Shown: piece after piece, positions 22,745 through 36,415 of the stretch
Numbering within the stretch: the first letter of the stretch is position 1
How the letters are laid out: each line of letters begins with the position of its first letter
Assembly: GCA_002104945.1 (NCBI GenBank)
Contig: MCFH01000050.1
Span: 248,001-312,000, forward strand
Source of the DNA: Piromyces finnis finn
Lineage: Eukaryota; Fungi; Neocallimastigomycota
DNA length: 64,000 nt
Reading direction: 5' to 3'
Notes under the pieces: model-generated
The model's database searches: none
Told to the model about the DNA's origin: nothing
What the model saw: the letters and a program-made list of their open reading frames with translations, nothing else
Program-made: the position numbers and the translations under genes

Positions 22745-23157
22745 ATGACAATAGTAACAAATTCAACAACAACAATAATATAAATAATAATGATATAATA
22801 ACAACATTAGGAATAACAATAATAACTATAATGCCTTATGTTATTGGCCTACAATGGTCAATACTTAAAAAAGTTTACAGTAACAAACCAAGAGCGTTAA
22901 TGCTGAAGAAATAGTTAAGGTAAGACAGATCAGGACCAACACGATTAATGATGATCATAATCTTGTCCCATAGGAAATTTTGATATTTGAAGCTGAGTTC
23001 TATTGGAAGTCAAATATAACTATTATACTTAAATATGATAGTTATTTTAATTAAAATGATTATGATCATTTTTTTTTAAATACCAATATATTATAATATT
23101 TATAAAATAATAAAGGTTATAAAATATCTTCTTCCGTTATAAGCAAAAAAAAAAAAA
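22745..23157 (+). mobile_element. Degenerate 3' remnant of an older related LINE
   Basis: Decayed Asn-rich stretch, then ATAATGCCTTATGTTATTGGCCTACAATGG (compare IMPFAIGQQW), AAGAGCGTTAATGCTGAAGAA (KSVNAEE) and GATCATAATCTTGTCCCA (compare DHNFVP). A homologous 3' UTR (ATTGGAAGTCAAAT) leads to a terminal A-run at 23145-23157. Confidence 0.8.
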
Positions 23158-25366
23158 CATTTTATCCCAATTATGAATATATTTAGAAGAGAACTTTACA
23201 AATAATTTTATTAATAAAAGAAGATAGTAATAATTATCAAAGATGATTTTAATATCTTTTTTTAATGAAAATTTCTATTTTTGGAATTTAATTCATTTAT
23301 TAATAAATAAATTAATATTGAATAAAATTAATACATATATATAAAAGTGATGAAGTACTTCATTTTATTAATTATTAATGAATAAAGTTACTCACATTAC
23401 TTTAATATATTTAAATAAAAAAGTTATAAAAAAGTCTCCAATCATAATAATTTGCTCAAAAAAAAAAATTACACAAAATACAAATAATATATAATGATTA
23501 ATCATAATGTAATGAAATAGACTTCATTATAAAATAGTTTTGAATTTCAACACTTGTAGGATGCCAACAATTTAAATATTTTTCAAATGATAAAAATATG
23601 AAGAACATAAAATTCATATTATATGTTTATTGAGTTCACTATATCTCATTAATTTTTACTATATACATTTGTGATAGTTTGTTTCTACTTTTCCATGAAA
23701 TGATGATTATGGAATATAATTCCTTTATTTTATTAAATATTTAATATAAATGATATTTTTATTTCATTTTATAAATTTTATAAGGTTAAATAACTATGAA
23801 TTATTAAGAATAATTATGAAATTAATATGTTGATTTTATATTTTATTATTAAATATAATAAAACAGGTTAATTTTTTTATTTTTATTTAACTATGACTTG
23901 AGATTTACTATTCAGATTTATTCAAAAATTTCCAATTTATTTCTTTTTTTAATGTAAATTTATTGAAAATTTTCAAATATAAAAATTGGTTTTTAATATT
24001 AATTAAACTAAAAAAAGAAAAAATTAAAAATAAAATTAATATGATAATTTCAATATTCTTATTTATTAATAAAATATATACATGAAAACATAAAAATATT
24101 AATATAAAACGAAAGAGTATATTGATATTTATTACATAACAATTATACTCAATGCATACATTTTAATTATTTAATAATATTAATTAAAATTTGAAAGTGA
24201 ACCAAATTATTCTATTATATTAAAATATTTTTAATAAACTTTTATTTACCATTCCATTCATTATTATATTTTAATATAATGTTAATAAAACTAATGTAGT
24301 ATTTTAATGTAGTTTCTTTTAATTATTAAAATAAAAATATAGTTATAATTTTGTTGACTGTGTGATATAACAATAAAAATTGAGAAATGTCACAATTATT
24401 AGATTACTTACTAAAAATTATGTATATACAGTTATAAGGAATATTAATATACATTAAATGGTTTATTTTGATAAATTCATAATTTGATAAAAATATGAAT
24501 TTATCTACTTAATATAAAACTTAAATGATTATATTAAAGTACAATAATTATTTGTTCAAACTATTTTAATTTTGTTTTGTAATAAATTTAAAACAATTTA
24601 TTAATATATATAAAACAATAATGTCTAATTAAAAAAAAAAAAACATGATAGTGGAAGAAGATAAGTATTCCTTTTTTTATTTTTTAAGAGAACTTTTTAA
24701 TAATTAGTATTAAAATTTTATAGTATTTAAATTAGGGGATATATAAATTTTAAACTCAGTTAATTTAAAATTATTGTAAGGTATAGTTGTTAAAAAAATC
24801 AACTTTTTTTTTTTTTTTTTCAAATTTTATTTAATTTTACTTTATTTCTATATTATACTATAAAATTATAATAATTATTCAAAATTTCATTCTTTATTAT
24901 TATCTTTTGTTAAATATGATATATATATATATATTTATAAATATAGTCAAAATTAAATATATTATTACTAATTATTAGTAATCATTTTAAAGTTTGGAAA
25001 TAAAATAATTTTTTTTTTCAGTTTTTCTTAAGATGATAATATTTTATTTCTATTAAAATTTTAAAAATTATTTTATTTAATTATTAAACCATTCTTAAAA
25101 CTTAAATAAACATTATATATTAAAACGTATGGATAAAAAATCCAGAAGTAATAAAATAGTTCTTAATTATATTTTTATTAATTAAAATTAATGATTTTTA
25201 TTAATGCGAATAAATGAATATTATATATATACAAGAAATTAGATTTTTTTTTTTATGTTATATATATTGGCATGTTAAATTTATATAAATTTAAAGTTTT
25301 AACAGTATAATATTCATTTCTTACTTTTCTTTATCTTTCTTTATTTTTAATAATTTATTATTTATT

Positions 25367-25415
<49 letters not shown>

Positions 25416-26034
25416 GGTTATTTATATCAATATCTATATTATATATAAAAATAAGAAAATAGGAAAAAAAAGAAAAAAAGAATTTTATATAATAATAAAA
25501 TTGTATTTTTATTTTTCTAATTAATTTTATTTTTTATTTTTCCTTTTCTCCTCTTATTAGTATTTATATATATATTTTTTTCTATCTCGTTTTTTTTTTT
25601 TTTAAACAATTGTGTATATAATTTTTACATAAATCAAGACATAAAAACTATCAACATAAATATTATACATCTATTATTCAACATATTATAAATATTAATA
25701 TATTAATATATATTTATTAATATTGAAGGAAATATATATTTTGTACATAATAACAAAAAAACTTTTTCTATATAAATATTTTTCTTTTCTTTATGTATGT
25801 ATCAATAATTAATTTTATTTTATTAATTTATAAAATTGGTTTTATAATATTATAATCTAATATTAAAGTCATATATATAACAAAGTACTTCTAATATTTA
25901 CTACTATTATTTAAATTTTTTATTTATTTTATTTTTTTTTTATAATATCGCATAAAGTAAAATTATTATTATTATTATTGTTATTTTATTTTATTACAAA
26001 TTTTTGGAATAGGTTAAAGATAAATAATATAAAA

Positions 26035-27707
26035 ATGGTTATACAAAAAAAGTTAAAGACTTTAAACAATCCAACTATTAATCAAGATTTAAATGAATTT
26101 TGTAATAATTATAATAAAAATGCCATTTACAATATGAACAAAAAATCTCCTGAAATAATGAAAGATAATAAAATATTGAAAACTTCTTCTACTAATGATG
26201 CTGAAATAAACTTACCAACTAGTGATATTTATTCAAGAAAATATATCAAAAATATTGAAAAACTAAAAAAAGAAGCGTTTAAGGATTTACAATTGCAAAT
26301 TCAACGTGAAAATTATAACTGGTGGAGAAAACAATTTTTTATTGAAAATAAAATGAAAAGTGAAGAAGAAGAAAATATAGAAAAACATACATTATTACAG
26401 AAAAATTTAAAAGATGAAAATGAAGATTCAAAAATAAATATCCTTAAAAAAAGTGATTCATTTACTTCAGAAAGTAGCTCATCATCATCTTCTTTAGAAG
26501 ATTATAAGGCGATAGAACGAACAGAATTAGAATCATCAATAATGAAGTTTAATTCATTTATATCAAAAGATAATAAAAACTATCATTCGAATAACGATTT
26601 TAAATCTATTAAATATTCATATAATGATAATTCATATAATGAATTTTCATCAATATATGATGGAAAACGTGAAAGAAAAATAGATTTAAATGATGACTAT
26701 TTATATAATAATTCTAAGAGGAATAAATATAACAATGAAAATGATGATGATCACACAAGTAGTGTTACCAAATACTTTTCAAATAATAATAAAAATCTTT
26801 TTATTAAAAATAAAATATTTTTAAAAGATAGAATTAATAATAATTATTCTGTTAAAAAAAATGATAATAATAAAAATTCACATTTTTATCCTTCTGTTCA
26901 TTACTCACATAAAAATTCCGGATTTAATCCATTTGTAATATCAAACCCTATCGCATTTAATGATAATAGAAGAACATCTAATGATATAAATTTTTTCTTT
27001 AAATATGAAAAAGAATTACCAAAATTTTCTTCTTTAAATAATGAAAATAATGATAATGAAAATAATCAAAATGCTATAAATACTAACGAAGAAGAAACAA
27101 GATCTGAAGAAATTAATGAAGAATCATCAACCGAATCAATTATAGAATTAGAGTCAGGTAATGATGATAATGATGATGATGCTGATGCTGATGATGATGA
27201 CGATTCTATTTCAATACAAATTTATTCTTCATCTTATCATAATGAAAATGACAATTTATTATTTTTAAATAAAAATATTAAAAATAAAATAAAGAAAATT
27301 GATAGAGATGGAAATATCACTGACAATTCATATAGTAACTCATTGCAATTAGATTCTAATGGAAATACACCTGGTGATTCAAATATATTAACATCATCAA
27401 TATCTAATCAAATTTTATCTAATGAAGTAAATTCATTAATAAATTTAAAAAATAAAAAAGAAAAAAATGATGATAAAGATTTAACTTCATTATATCAACT
27501 ATGTAAAACAATGTCAGTTAATGATTATTCAGAAGTATTGGATTTTGAGAAAAATATTGTAAGTTCTTATAAACGTTTTTTTTTTTTTTTTATATTAAAT
27601 TTATTGAAAGTATAACTAATTATACAATATACTATATTTGTAATACATATATATAGAAACCAGTGTATGACACTACATATTATGGTGTTATTGGTGATCT
27701 CTTTTAA
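26035..27707 (+). CDS. Hypothetical low-complexity protein with a compact C-terminal motif; intron 27559-27656
   Basis: The long ORF has an in-frame ATG at 26035. GTAAGT at 27559 and AG at 27655-27656 join FEKNI to KPVYDTTYYGVIGDLF*. An upstream exon is possible. Confidence 0.65.
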
Positions 27708-28192
27708 GTTCATCTTCAAATTAATATTTATAATAAATTTAATATTTATTAAAATTTATTTACTATTTCTTGAACTCTATTAAATAAATTACTATTTAGA
27801 TTTTAATTTCATTATCTTTTTTTTTTTTTGCTTTTTATTAATATCTATCCATATTAATATACCTATAAATTAAGATTTTTAAAACTAATAATAAAAATAA
27901 AATTTTATAAACTATTTTGATTTAAGATACATACATCCACAAAAAAATAATTAAAAAAAAAAAAAAAAAAAAAAAATAAAGAATTTTTGTCAACTTAAAA
28001 AGTTATAAATATGCTTTGTAGTTAATAGTGATTTTTATGAATATAATTTTCTCAAAAAATAATTTGGAGATAATATAAAATATTAAATTATTTAATTTTT
28101 TTTAATTAATTTTTAATAGAAATTTAATATTTAGTAAATAAAAAGAATATGTTTTTTTTTTCTTTAAAGATATAAATAAAATTTTTTATAAA

Positions 28193-29159
28193 ATGCCAAA
28201 TCTAAATGCAAAAAATATAAATAATTTAAAAGAAGCTACAGGAATTAATAATAGTAACAATAATGAATCATCAATAAATAATCAAAAAAACTTACATAAC
28301 AATATAAGTAATAATTCAAAAAAAGATAAAAAAAAGGAACCAGAATTTATTTATAAAATTCATGCTGATAATGCTCATGAATTTATTATGAAATCTAATT
28401 TAAGACTTATATCAAATTTTGATATATGTTTAATTATAGTATTGGTTTTTTTAATTTATATCTCTGTATGTATTTAGTTATTTTAAAAATCCTTAATATA
28501 AATGTTTTAAAATATGTATGTTATTAATTCTTAAAATTTTGTTTTATAAATAAATAGATTATAAAAAAGAAAACAATATTGCTTATTTTAATGATAGCAT
28601 TTGTCTTATTATTTGTATATATAAAACTTAATACAATAGTTGAAGGTAGCTATTCTATGTAGTAATGTTTATATGAAAACAGTATTAATAATAATACTAA
28701 TAAATAATTATTTTATAAATTTGTTATTTAAAGAATCATTATTAGTTGTAAGAGATTTAGGTGTACAAATAAAAACAATATATCCATGTAATAGAACATA
28801 CAGTCGTTTCATTGATAAATCTAAAATAGGTCATATAATTATTAATGAAGGTATTACTGCTTTTCAAGTAAAATTTTATTTAGCAGTTTTAATATCAGGA
28901 GGAGACCACATAGAAGTTGTATATAAAGTAACTATTATTTGTTCTATTTTTATAATACATTTCCTTAAAAAAGTATATATATTTTACTACATTAAACTTG
29001 TTTATTAAAATAAATTTATTTTTATTATATTTTATTTATATTTTTTATTATAATCCGTAGAGTTTAATCCCAAAATTAAAAATATTAAAATTTATATATA
29101 AGGAATCAAATGAAATCTTAAAACCAAATTTTTTGAAAGATCAACTTGGTTTAATATAA
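28193..29159 (+). CDS. GPI15: GPI-GlcNAc transferase subunit PIG-H (Gpi15)
   Basis: An N-terminal exon with a hydrophobic segment is followed by ESLLVVRDLGVQIKT...FIDKSKIGHIIINEGITAFQVKFYLAVL...VVY and a final exon SLIPKLKILKFIYK, the PIG-H domain pattern. Confidence 0.85.
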
Positions 29160-29551
29160 TCAATTTTTAAAGTATTCTTTTAGTAATATTGAATATGAAA
29201 TATTTTTTTGTATATTATAGATTTATATATATTATAGAGCGCAAATCCCCCCCCCAAAAAAAAAAAAAAAAACAACAACCAAAATTAATAGATAAATTAA
29301 AGAAAACAAAGTGATAATAAGATTAAAACAAATAAATAAACAATAATAAAAAGAAAAAGTAAAAATATAAAGTATAATGATTTGTTAAATATATATTATA
29401 ATATTTTTATTTATTTATAAATAATTTTTAATATTATTTTGATTTTTATGTGATAAACATGTGTTAAATGGTTTTATTTTTTTTATTAATATTTTAGCTA
29501 AATTAATTTACAAAAAAAAAGAATAAACAGTTGTTGTATATGATATGATGA

Positions 29552-31981
29552 TTATAAAAGTCCTTGCTTTTTTAAATCTTGATAAGTTTTTTTATTAAAT
29601 ACGTTTCCTTCATTATCTTCGTATTCTTCCATAGTATCTGATTTGAATTGTTGTGCGTTATTCTTTGATTTTAATTTTTCCCATACTAATAATGACGTTT
29701 AAATAAAAAAGTAATCATATATGAATATAAACAAATAAATAAATAAATGATTATTTTAAGGTTAGTATTTTCAAAACAAAAACAAAAACAAAAAACAAAA
29801 CAAAACAAAACAAAAAAAGTTACATGTATAAGCATCTTCAATAAGTGTAATTTCATGGAAATGTCTTGTATTAGGTATACCTAAACATCTCATACCATGA
29901 GCATGTCTCCATTCCTATTTTAATAAAGATATTATTATATTTATTGATTAGTGTGTTATGCTTTTTATTGAAATTCTAATTATATTGTTAATTGTATAAT
30001 ATATACTTGGAAATGTCTATCGAAAGCCTTTCTTCCCATATATATATAATTACCACAAATTTCACATGGATATTTTTCACCTAAACCATGTAATTTATAT
30101 AACCAGAATGGAATTGGTTTACCATCAAAACCTATTGGGAGCTTCAATGGGTTATAAATCTTATCATCATCTTCTTCTTCAGATTCAACAATTTCAATAT
30201 CTTCAACATCTTCATCCTATGATTATTTAGTAATGAATTTTATTTTATTATAATTTATTAATTATTATTATAAGATGTTAATTTAATTTTATTATTTTAT
30301 AATACTCACGAATTCCTTTTCATTCAATACTTGTTTTCGTTCTACATTAGCCTTTGTATCTTCTCTTATTCCTGCAAGTGTTTCTGAATAACCTCTTATA
30401 TATGATTCTGTTAAAGCAATTGGTCTTTTTCTTTCAAGTTGCTTTTCTTTTGCTTCTTTTTTCATTTCTTCTAGTTGACTATTCTGGACTTCCATTACAC
30501 CAGCATTCATCATTTTGGCGGCTGCCTTTTTATGTTTTTTACCATTTAAGTGATATTCATAAACTGTTTTATTCTGGAATTGTTTCTTACCTTAATTATT
30601 TTTTTAAACATATTTATATATAATATATTTATATATTATAAATAAATAAAATGTTTTTTTTTTTTTAATTATTTATTCGTTGAATTATTATAATTGTATT
30701 TTTTTCTTACATGCTATACAGAACATATCATTATTTTCCTCTTCCATAGAATCATCTTTTGGCCATCCTGGAAGAGTACCTTCTTCCCAAGCTTCATTAA
30801 ATTCTTTTTCAATTACTTTTTGTAATTCTTCAATATTATATAAGGGTTGTGCTTTTCCAAAATATTCTTCAAAATATTCTTTTAATTTATTAATATATCT
30901 ATAATATAATAAAATTGATTTAATAAGTTATTGAACTTCTCCACTTTATTAAATTTCTATAAGATAAACTATATTGATGATTTTTAACAATATTAAATAT
31001 ATTTGATAAAAATGTATTACTCTATATAACTACTAGTCTTTTTTGTTGCCATTGGAATAGTTTCAAATTTATCATATTGGTCTAAGTATGCTAAATAATT
31101 TATATTCTCAACATTTTTTAAATTTATATATTGTTCATGGTATATATGTAAATCAAAGTATTTCCAAGCTTCTTCACCAGTAAACATATTATCAATTTCT
31201 ATAATTAATAATTTATATTTATTATTATAATTTTTATAAATATTATATTATTTAAAAAAAAAACAACATTGAGTTTAATTACTATATTCATTTAATTGTG
31301 GCTAATATTATATGTATTTACCAGCTTCTTCACGCTTGATATCATCGATTTTAAAATCTAATTCCATTGGCTCAACAATTTCATTTGGATTTCTTCTGTG
31401 ATGATCTTTAATATTCTTTAATCTTTGATAAAATTCACTAAATTCTTGTGTACCAGATATTGAATTGATTTCCTTTTTTCTTGATCTAGTATAAAAATAA
31501 TAATGTAATTGGAAGGATTTAATAAAGATAAAAATAACATTAAATTTTAATTTTATTTTATTCAATAAATTATTGTTAACATACTCATCCTTATCATCGT
31601 AATAATCTTTTAATAATTTCGATCTCTCTTGGATTAATTTTAAATAATTATTTACTCTATGTTCTTGAATAATTTTTTCTTTATGCTGTTATATTTTATA
31701 TAATTTTGGGAAATCGTATACAATATTATTTAAATCAAATATATTTTAATAAACAAATAAATAAGTATGTAAATAAGTTTTAAAAAATTATAAGTTAAAA
31801 ATTAAAATTTCCATTTAGAAATTATTTTTTAAGTAATAATTTATCATTTATAAATGATATTATAATTTTGAAATTTAGATTTTACAGCTTTTGGCTTTTC
31901 TAATAATTCATCTACAATAGCATTTTCGATTCTTTCAATTTCTTCATGAAGTCTTCGTTGTTGTTCTAATACAGAATTCAT
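29552..31981 (-). CDS. PRP9: Splicing factor 3A subunit 3 (Prp9/SF3a60), multi-exon
   Basis: [74 protein letters not shown], a C2H2 finger ([19 protein letters not shown]...[16 protein letters not shown]) and C-terminal [25 protein letters not shown]. Confidence 0.95.
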
Positions 31982-32356
31982 TTTATATTAAATATATATA
32001 TTATTTAAAATTTAAAATAAGATATTTCATATAAAATGTGATTTAGAAATGTATTATCAATATTATTTATTTATAATAATATAATTTTTTTAAATATTAA
32101 ATTTAAAATAAAATATTTAATCAAAAAACAAATAATTATTTTTATTATTTCAACCAATCATAATTCATGAATATTATTTTAATACAATAATTGTTAAACA
32201 TTTTTTTTTTTTTTTGGTTGTGAATTTTTTAATTTAGAATTTAGAATTTAAAATTAAAATTAGACATTTCATTTATTTGCTATTTAATTTATATATATAT
32301 ATATTTTATTTCTTTGTATTCACTTATATAAATTCATACATATATATAGAATAAAG
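31982..32356. promoter_or_regulatory. Probable bidirectional promoter between PRP9 and TRM6
   Basis: Head-to-head start codons at 31981 and 32357 are separated by 375 bp. No specific motif was identified. Confidence 0.4.
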
Positions 32357-34670
32357 ATGAGTAATATTAAAGAACAAAAAAAATCAATTGAAGATTTCAA
32401 TGTAGTAGATAAAGAAAATTATATGGCTCCAAATGCCTATATATACGTATTACTTCCAAGTGGAAATAGTAAGATTGTTCAATTAAAACCAAATTGGTAA
32501 GATATATTATTTTAAATAAAAATAATAATATGTTAAATTTAAATATTATTATTTTTTCTATTATTTAATATTTATTATTAATAATATAATTTATTTATAT
32601 AAAATATAATTAAATTGTGTACTATGTAATATAGTAATATAAGTTTGGGCAAATTTGGTTCTTTCAAAGCAAATTCAATTATTGGAAAACCATACGGAAT
32701 TACATACGAAATTGTTAATAAAAATGATATTAAACTTTATAAAAATTATACATTTTTTGATGATTTTGGTAAATATTTATTTAATAATTAATGATTTCTT
32801 TTATATATGATTTTACTACCAGTATAAAAGTAAATTGTTAATTTTTTAATTTTTAATTTTTATTTATTATTTTTTTTTATTTTAACAGATATTGATGGTG
32901 AAGTTACAACAATTAATAATAAAGATTTAAATGATACACAAACTTCTCAAAAATTATCTCATCAAGAAATTGAACAATTGAAAAAAGAATTGTTAAAAGG
33001 AGAAAAAAATAGCGAAGTAAATATTAATAAATAAAAAAATATTAATATTAATAAAATAACATAAATTTAAATTAATTTAAAAAATTTTGTATTCTATTTA
33101 ATTAATACAAATAGAATGTAATTCAAACTGTTTTAGATAATAGTGTAACTTTTGAAGCTAAAACAGAATTTGCTAAAGCAAAATACATCAAAAGAAAGGA
33201 AAAAAAGTACGCTTAAATTTTTTTTTTAAAAAAAAAAAATTTAAATTCAATTTAATTATAATCACTTGTATTAACATTATAATATTTAATATATAATATT
33301 AAAGATTTACAAAAATATTTACACCACTTAAACCAACAGCTAAATTATTATGTGAATATTATTTAGAAATCAAACCATCGAAAATTCGGTATTTATATTA
33401 TTATTATATTGCAATCTTTATATTTAGTTTTCAAAGTGGAATAACTTTAATTAATATTCAAATATTCATATATAAAACATTTTATTTTTATCATTAAAAC
33501 TAAAAAGTGAATTAAGAATTGATACTTTATCACAAATGATGACATTAGCAAATGTGCATGCTCAATCTAATTATATGGTTGTTGAAGACATTCAAGGTTT
33601 ATTATTGGGTGCTGTTTTAGAACGTACTGGTAGAATAGGAAAAGTATTAGCTATTCACGAACATAGTCAATTTAATGGTAATATATTGCCAAGTTTTAAT
33701 TTTGATGAAAAAGAGTTTAATGAATCTGTTATGACCTATTCATGGGATCGTTTATTAAATCCTGAACCATTTAAACAAGATAAATTAGAATTAGAAAGAG
33801 TTATAAAATATTTAGAAACTACTCCTAAAGAAGAAATTAATGAAAAATTAGTTATGAAGAAGGAACGTTACATAAAGCGTATTGCTGAAGGAGAAAAAAT
33901 ACAGAATTTTATTAATGAAAATAAATTTGATGGGTAATGATTGTTAAAGTTACATATATTTTAGTAACATATTGGTTATAAAATTAAAATAAATATAAAT
34001 TGTTAACTTCATTATTTTAATTTTTTAATAATTTTAATATTGTATAAAGTTTATTAATTGCATCTGGATTTAATACAATTGATGTAATTGAAAAGTTAAA
34101 ACCATATATTGGTGGTTCACGTGCAATTGTTGCCTATTCTCCATATAAAGAAACTTTATTAGAAACTTACAATTATCTTAGAAATTCACCAGAATTTGTT
34201 AATGCTCAAATAACAGAAAGTTGGATGAGAGAACATCAAGTAAAATTTATATAAATTATAAATAAAATAGAAATAAAGGTGAGATTACGAAATACTAAAC
34301 TTATCAAAATTTTAATATTTTAGGCAAAGAAAGGTCGTTTCCATCCATTAATGTCTATGAGGTAATTCTATTATTAATATTATAATTACTACTGATAAAT
34401 TTATATTTGTTTGCAGTATTATATTTATATTATTTTTATTAAATTGGAATCAATATTTTAATTTAAATAAATAGTGGAAGTGGTGGTTTCTTAATTTCAG
34501 CTATTAGAGTTTATAATACACCAAATATTCAACCTATATCTTCAGCAATAGTAGCTAATAAATTAAAAAGAAAAAGAGAAGCTTTAGAAAAGTTAGAAAA
34601 TGAACCTCAAAAGAAAGTTACAAATATTGAAGAATCATCCGAATCAGTAGAAACTCCAAATACCAATTAG
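32357..34670 (+). CDS. TRM6: tRNA (adenine-58-N1)-methyltransferase non-catalytic subunit Trm6/Gcd10, multi-exon
   Basis: LGKFGSFKANSIIGKPYGITYEI, KTEFAKAKYIKRKEKK, LRIDTLSQMMTLANVHA, QGLLLGAVLER, REHQ...RFHPLM and SGSGGFLISAIRV. Confidence 0.92.
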
Positions 34671-35449
34671 ATTTTTTAATTTTTTTTTTTATTCAACATA
34701 ATTATTTAATCCAAATTATTTTAAAAAAATTGAAATTAAAATTTGGGTTAAATAAAAGATAAAATATATATATTATGGATAATATATACAACTTTTTTTA
34801 TATTCACAATTTTAAACAAAATATTATTAAAATACTGAATAAATTATATAAACAAAAGTATAATAAAATTTAATTTTAGAATTATTTTTTTTTTTTTTTT
34901 CTTTTTATTTGTATTGATAATAATAATTATTAGTATTAGTAACAGATAATTATAATTTATTTAATATATATTGATTAATATAGCTTGTTTTATATTAATT
35001 AATTGTTAAATATATTTTAATTATTGAGATTAAGATTAATATAATTCATTTTACCAATTTTGTTATTAGTTATTTTAATTTTATTTTATTTTATTTTATT
35101 TTTTTTTTTTATTTGTTTATTGTTTTTTTGTTTTGTTATTTCTTTTGCTATTATTATTGCTTTTTTTATTTATTTTGAGTTTTTTTTTTTTTTATTAATA
35201 GTGAAAATTACTATTTTACTTTTAAATTTAATTCAACTTTTTTTTTTTTTATTTAATTATTTAAAAAAAAAAAAAAAGGATATTTAAAACCATAATTTTA
35301 ATATATAAAAATATATGTATATTGAAGTATTTGCATTATCTATTTAAAATCTATTAATAATGAACTATGCTTAAAAAATGCTAAGCATAATATAAAAATA
35401 ATAATTAATTAATGAATACATTAAACCATAGTAAAGGAGAACGATGAGT

Positions 35450-36377
35450 TTATAAAAAAAAATTGGCATTAAATATTTTAGGAATTAATTCTTTTTTTCT
35501 TCATTACTTCCTTTATTTGAATTGATACTTAATGAAGCTTTTATTTCTTTATCAACTTCAACTAATATTCTTTTTTCCTCTTCTGATAAATTTGATGAGA
35601 AAGGATTTGTTACTGGTTCATTCATATTATTTAAATAATTATCTTTTAATTCATTTTTGTATTCATTAAATAAAACCGAATTACTACTTAAAGAAGAACC
35701 ATTTCTATTGACACTATTGGCTATATTATTATAAATGGAAATATAACATTAAATTATTTTACCAAAATAGATATTTGACAATTATTTATTATTTCTATAT
35801 ACAATGCCTACCGCTATCAAGATGAGTAAAAATTCCTTGATATGGGTAATCCTCAGTGTTATTATTACTATTACTACTACTTGCATTATCATTACCAAAA
35901 AAGAAACCCATTACAGATTGAATAATACCACCTGAACTATTTTCCCTGTTTACTCCACTAAAGAGTGAACGATTTTGGCTAGATTCTTCAAGTTTTGCAT
36001 TAGCAACTTTTGTCATTTCAGTAATTTTACTTGAATTTTAGCATTTATAATGTTTACATTTTATGTTAATAATACTATATTTACAATATATACATATTAC
36101 AAAATATATTGCTAAAAATATTAACAATATAAATATATATATATATATACACTTACGCATCATATTCTTCAGATGTTATAGTTAATGATGTTTGTGATAT
36201 TTTTTCTATATACGTTATAGCTCCCCAAATGCTAGTCAGTGAAAATTCATAAATACCAATTGAAAAAAAGTTTGGATTAACATATCTTACTATATACCTA
36301 ATATTTATGAAATAAAATTTAATTAATAAGATAAATTTACATATTTATTCATTATATCATATTATATCATATTAATT

Positions 36378-36415
<38 letters not shown>

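Noticed and set aside
23200-25950. Long AT-only intergenic tracts (also 53900-56700 and 62200-64000) as hidden genes or ncRNAs
   Set aside because: I found no interpretable ORF, exon chain or GC-rich structure; only homopolymers and simple repeats were seen.
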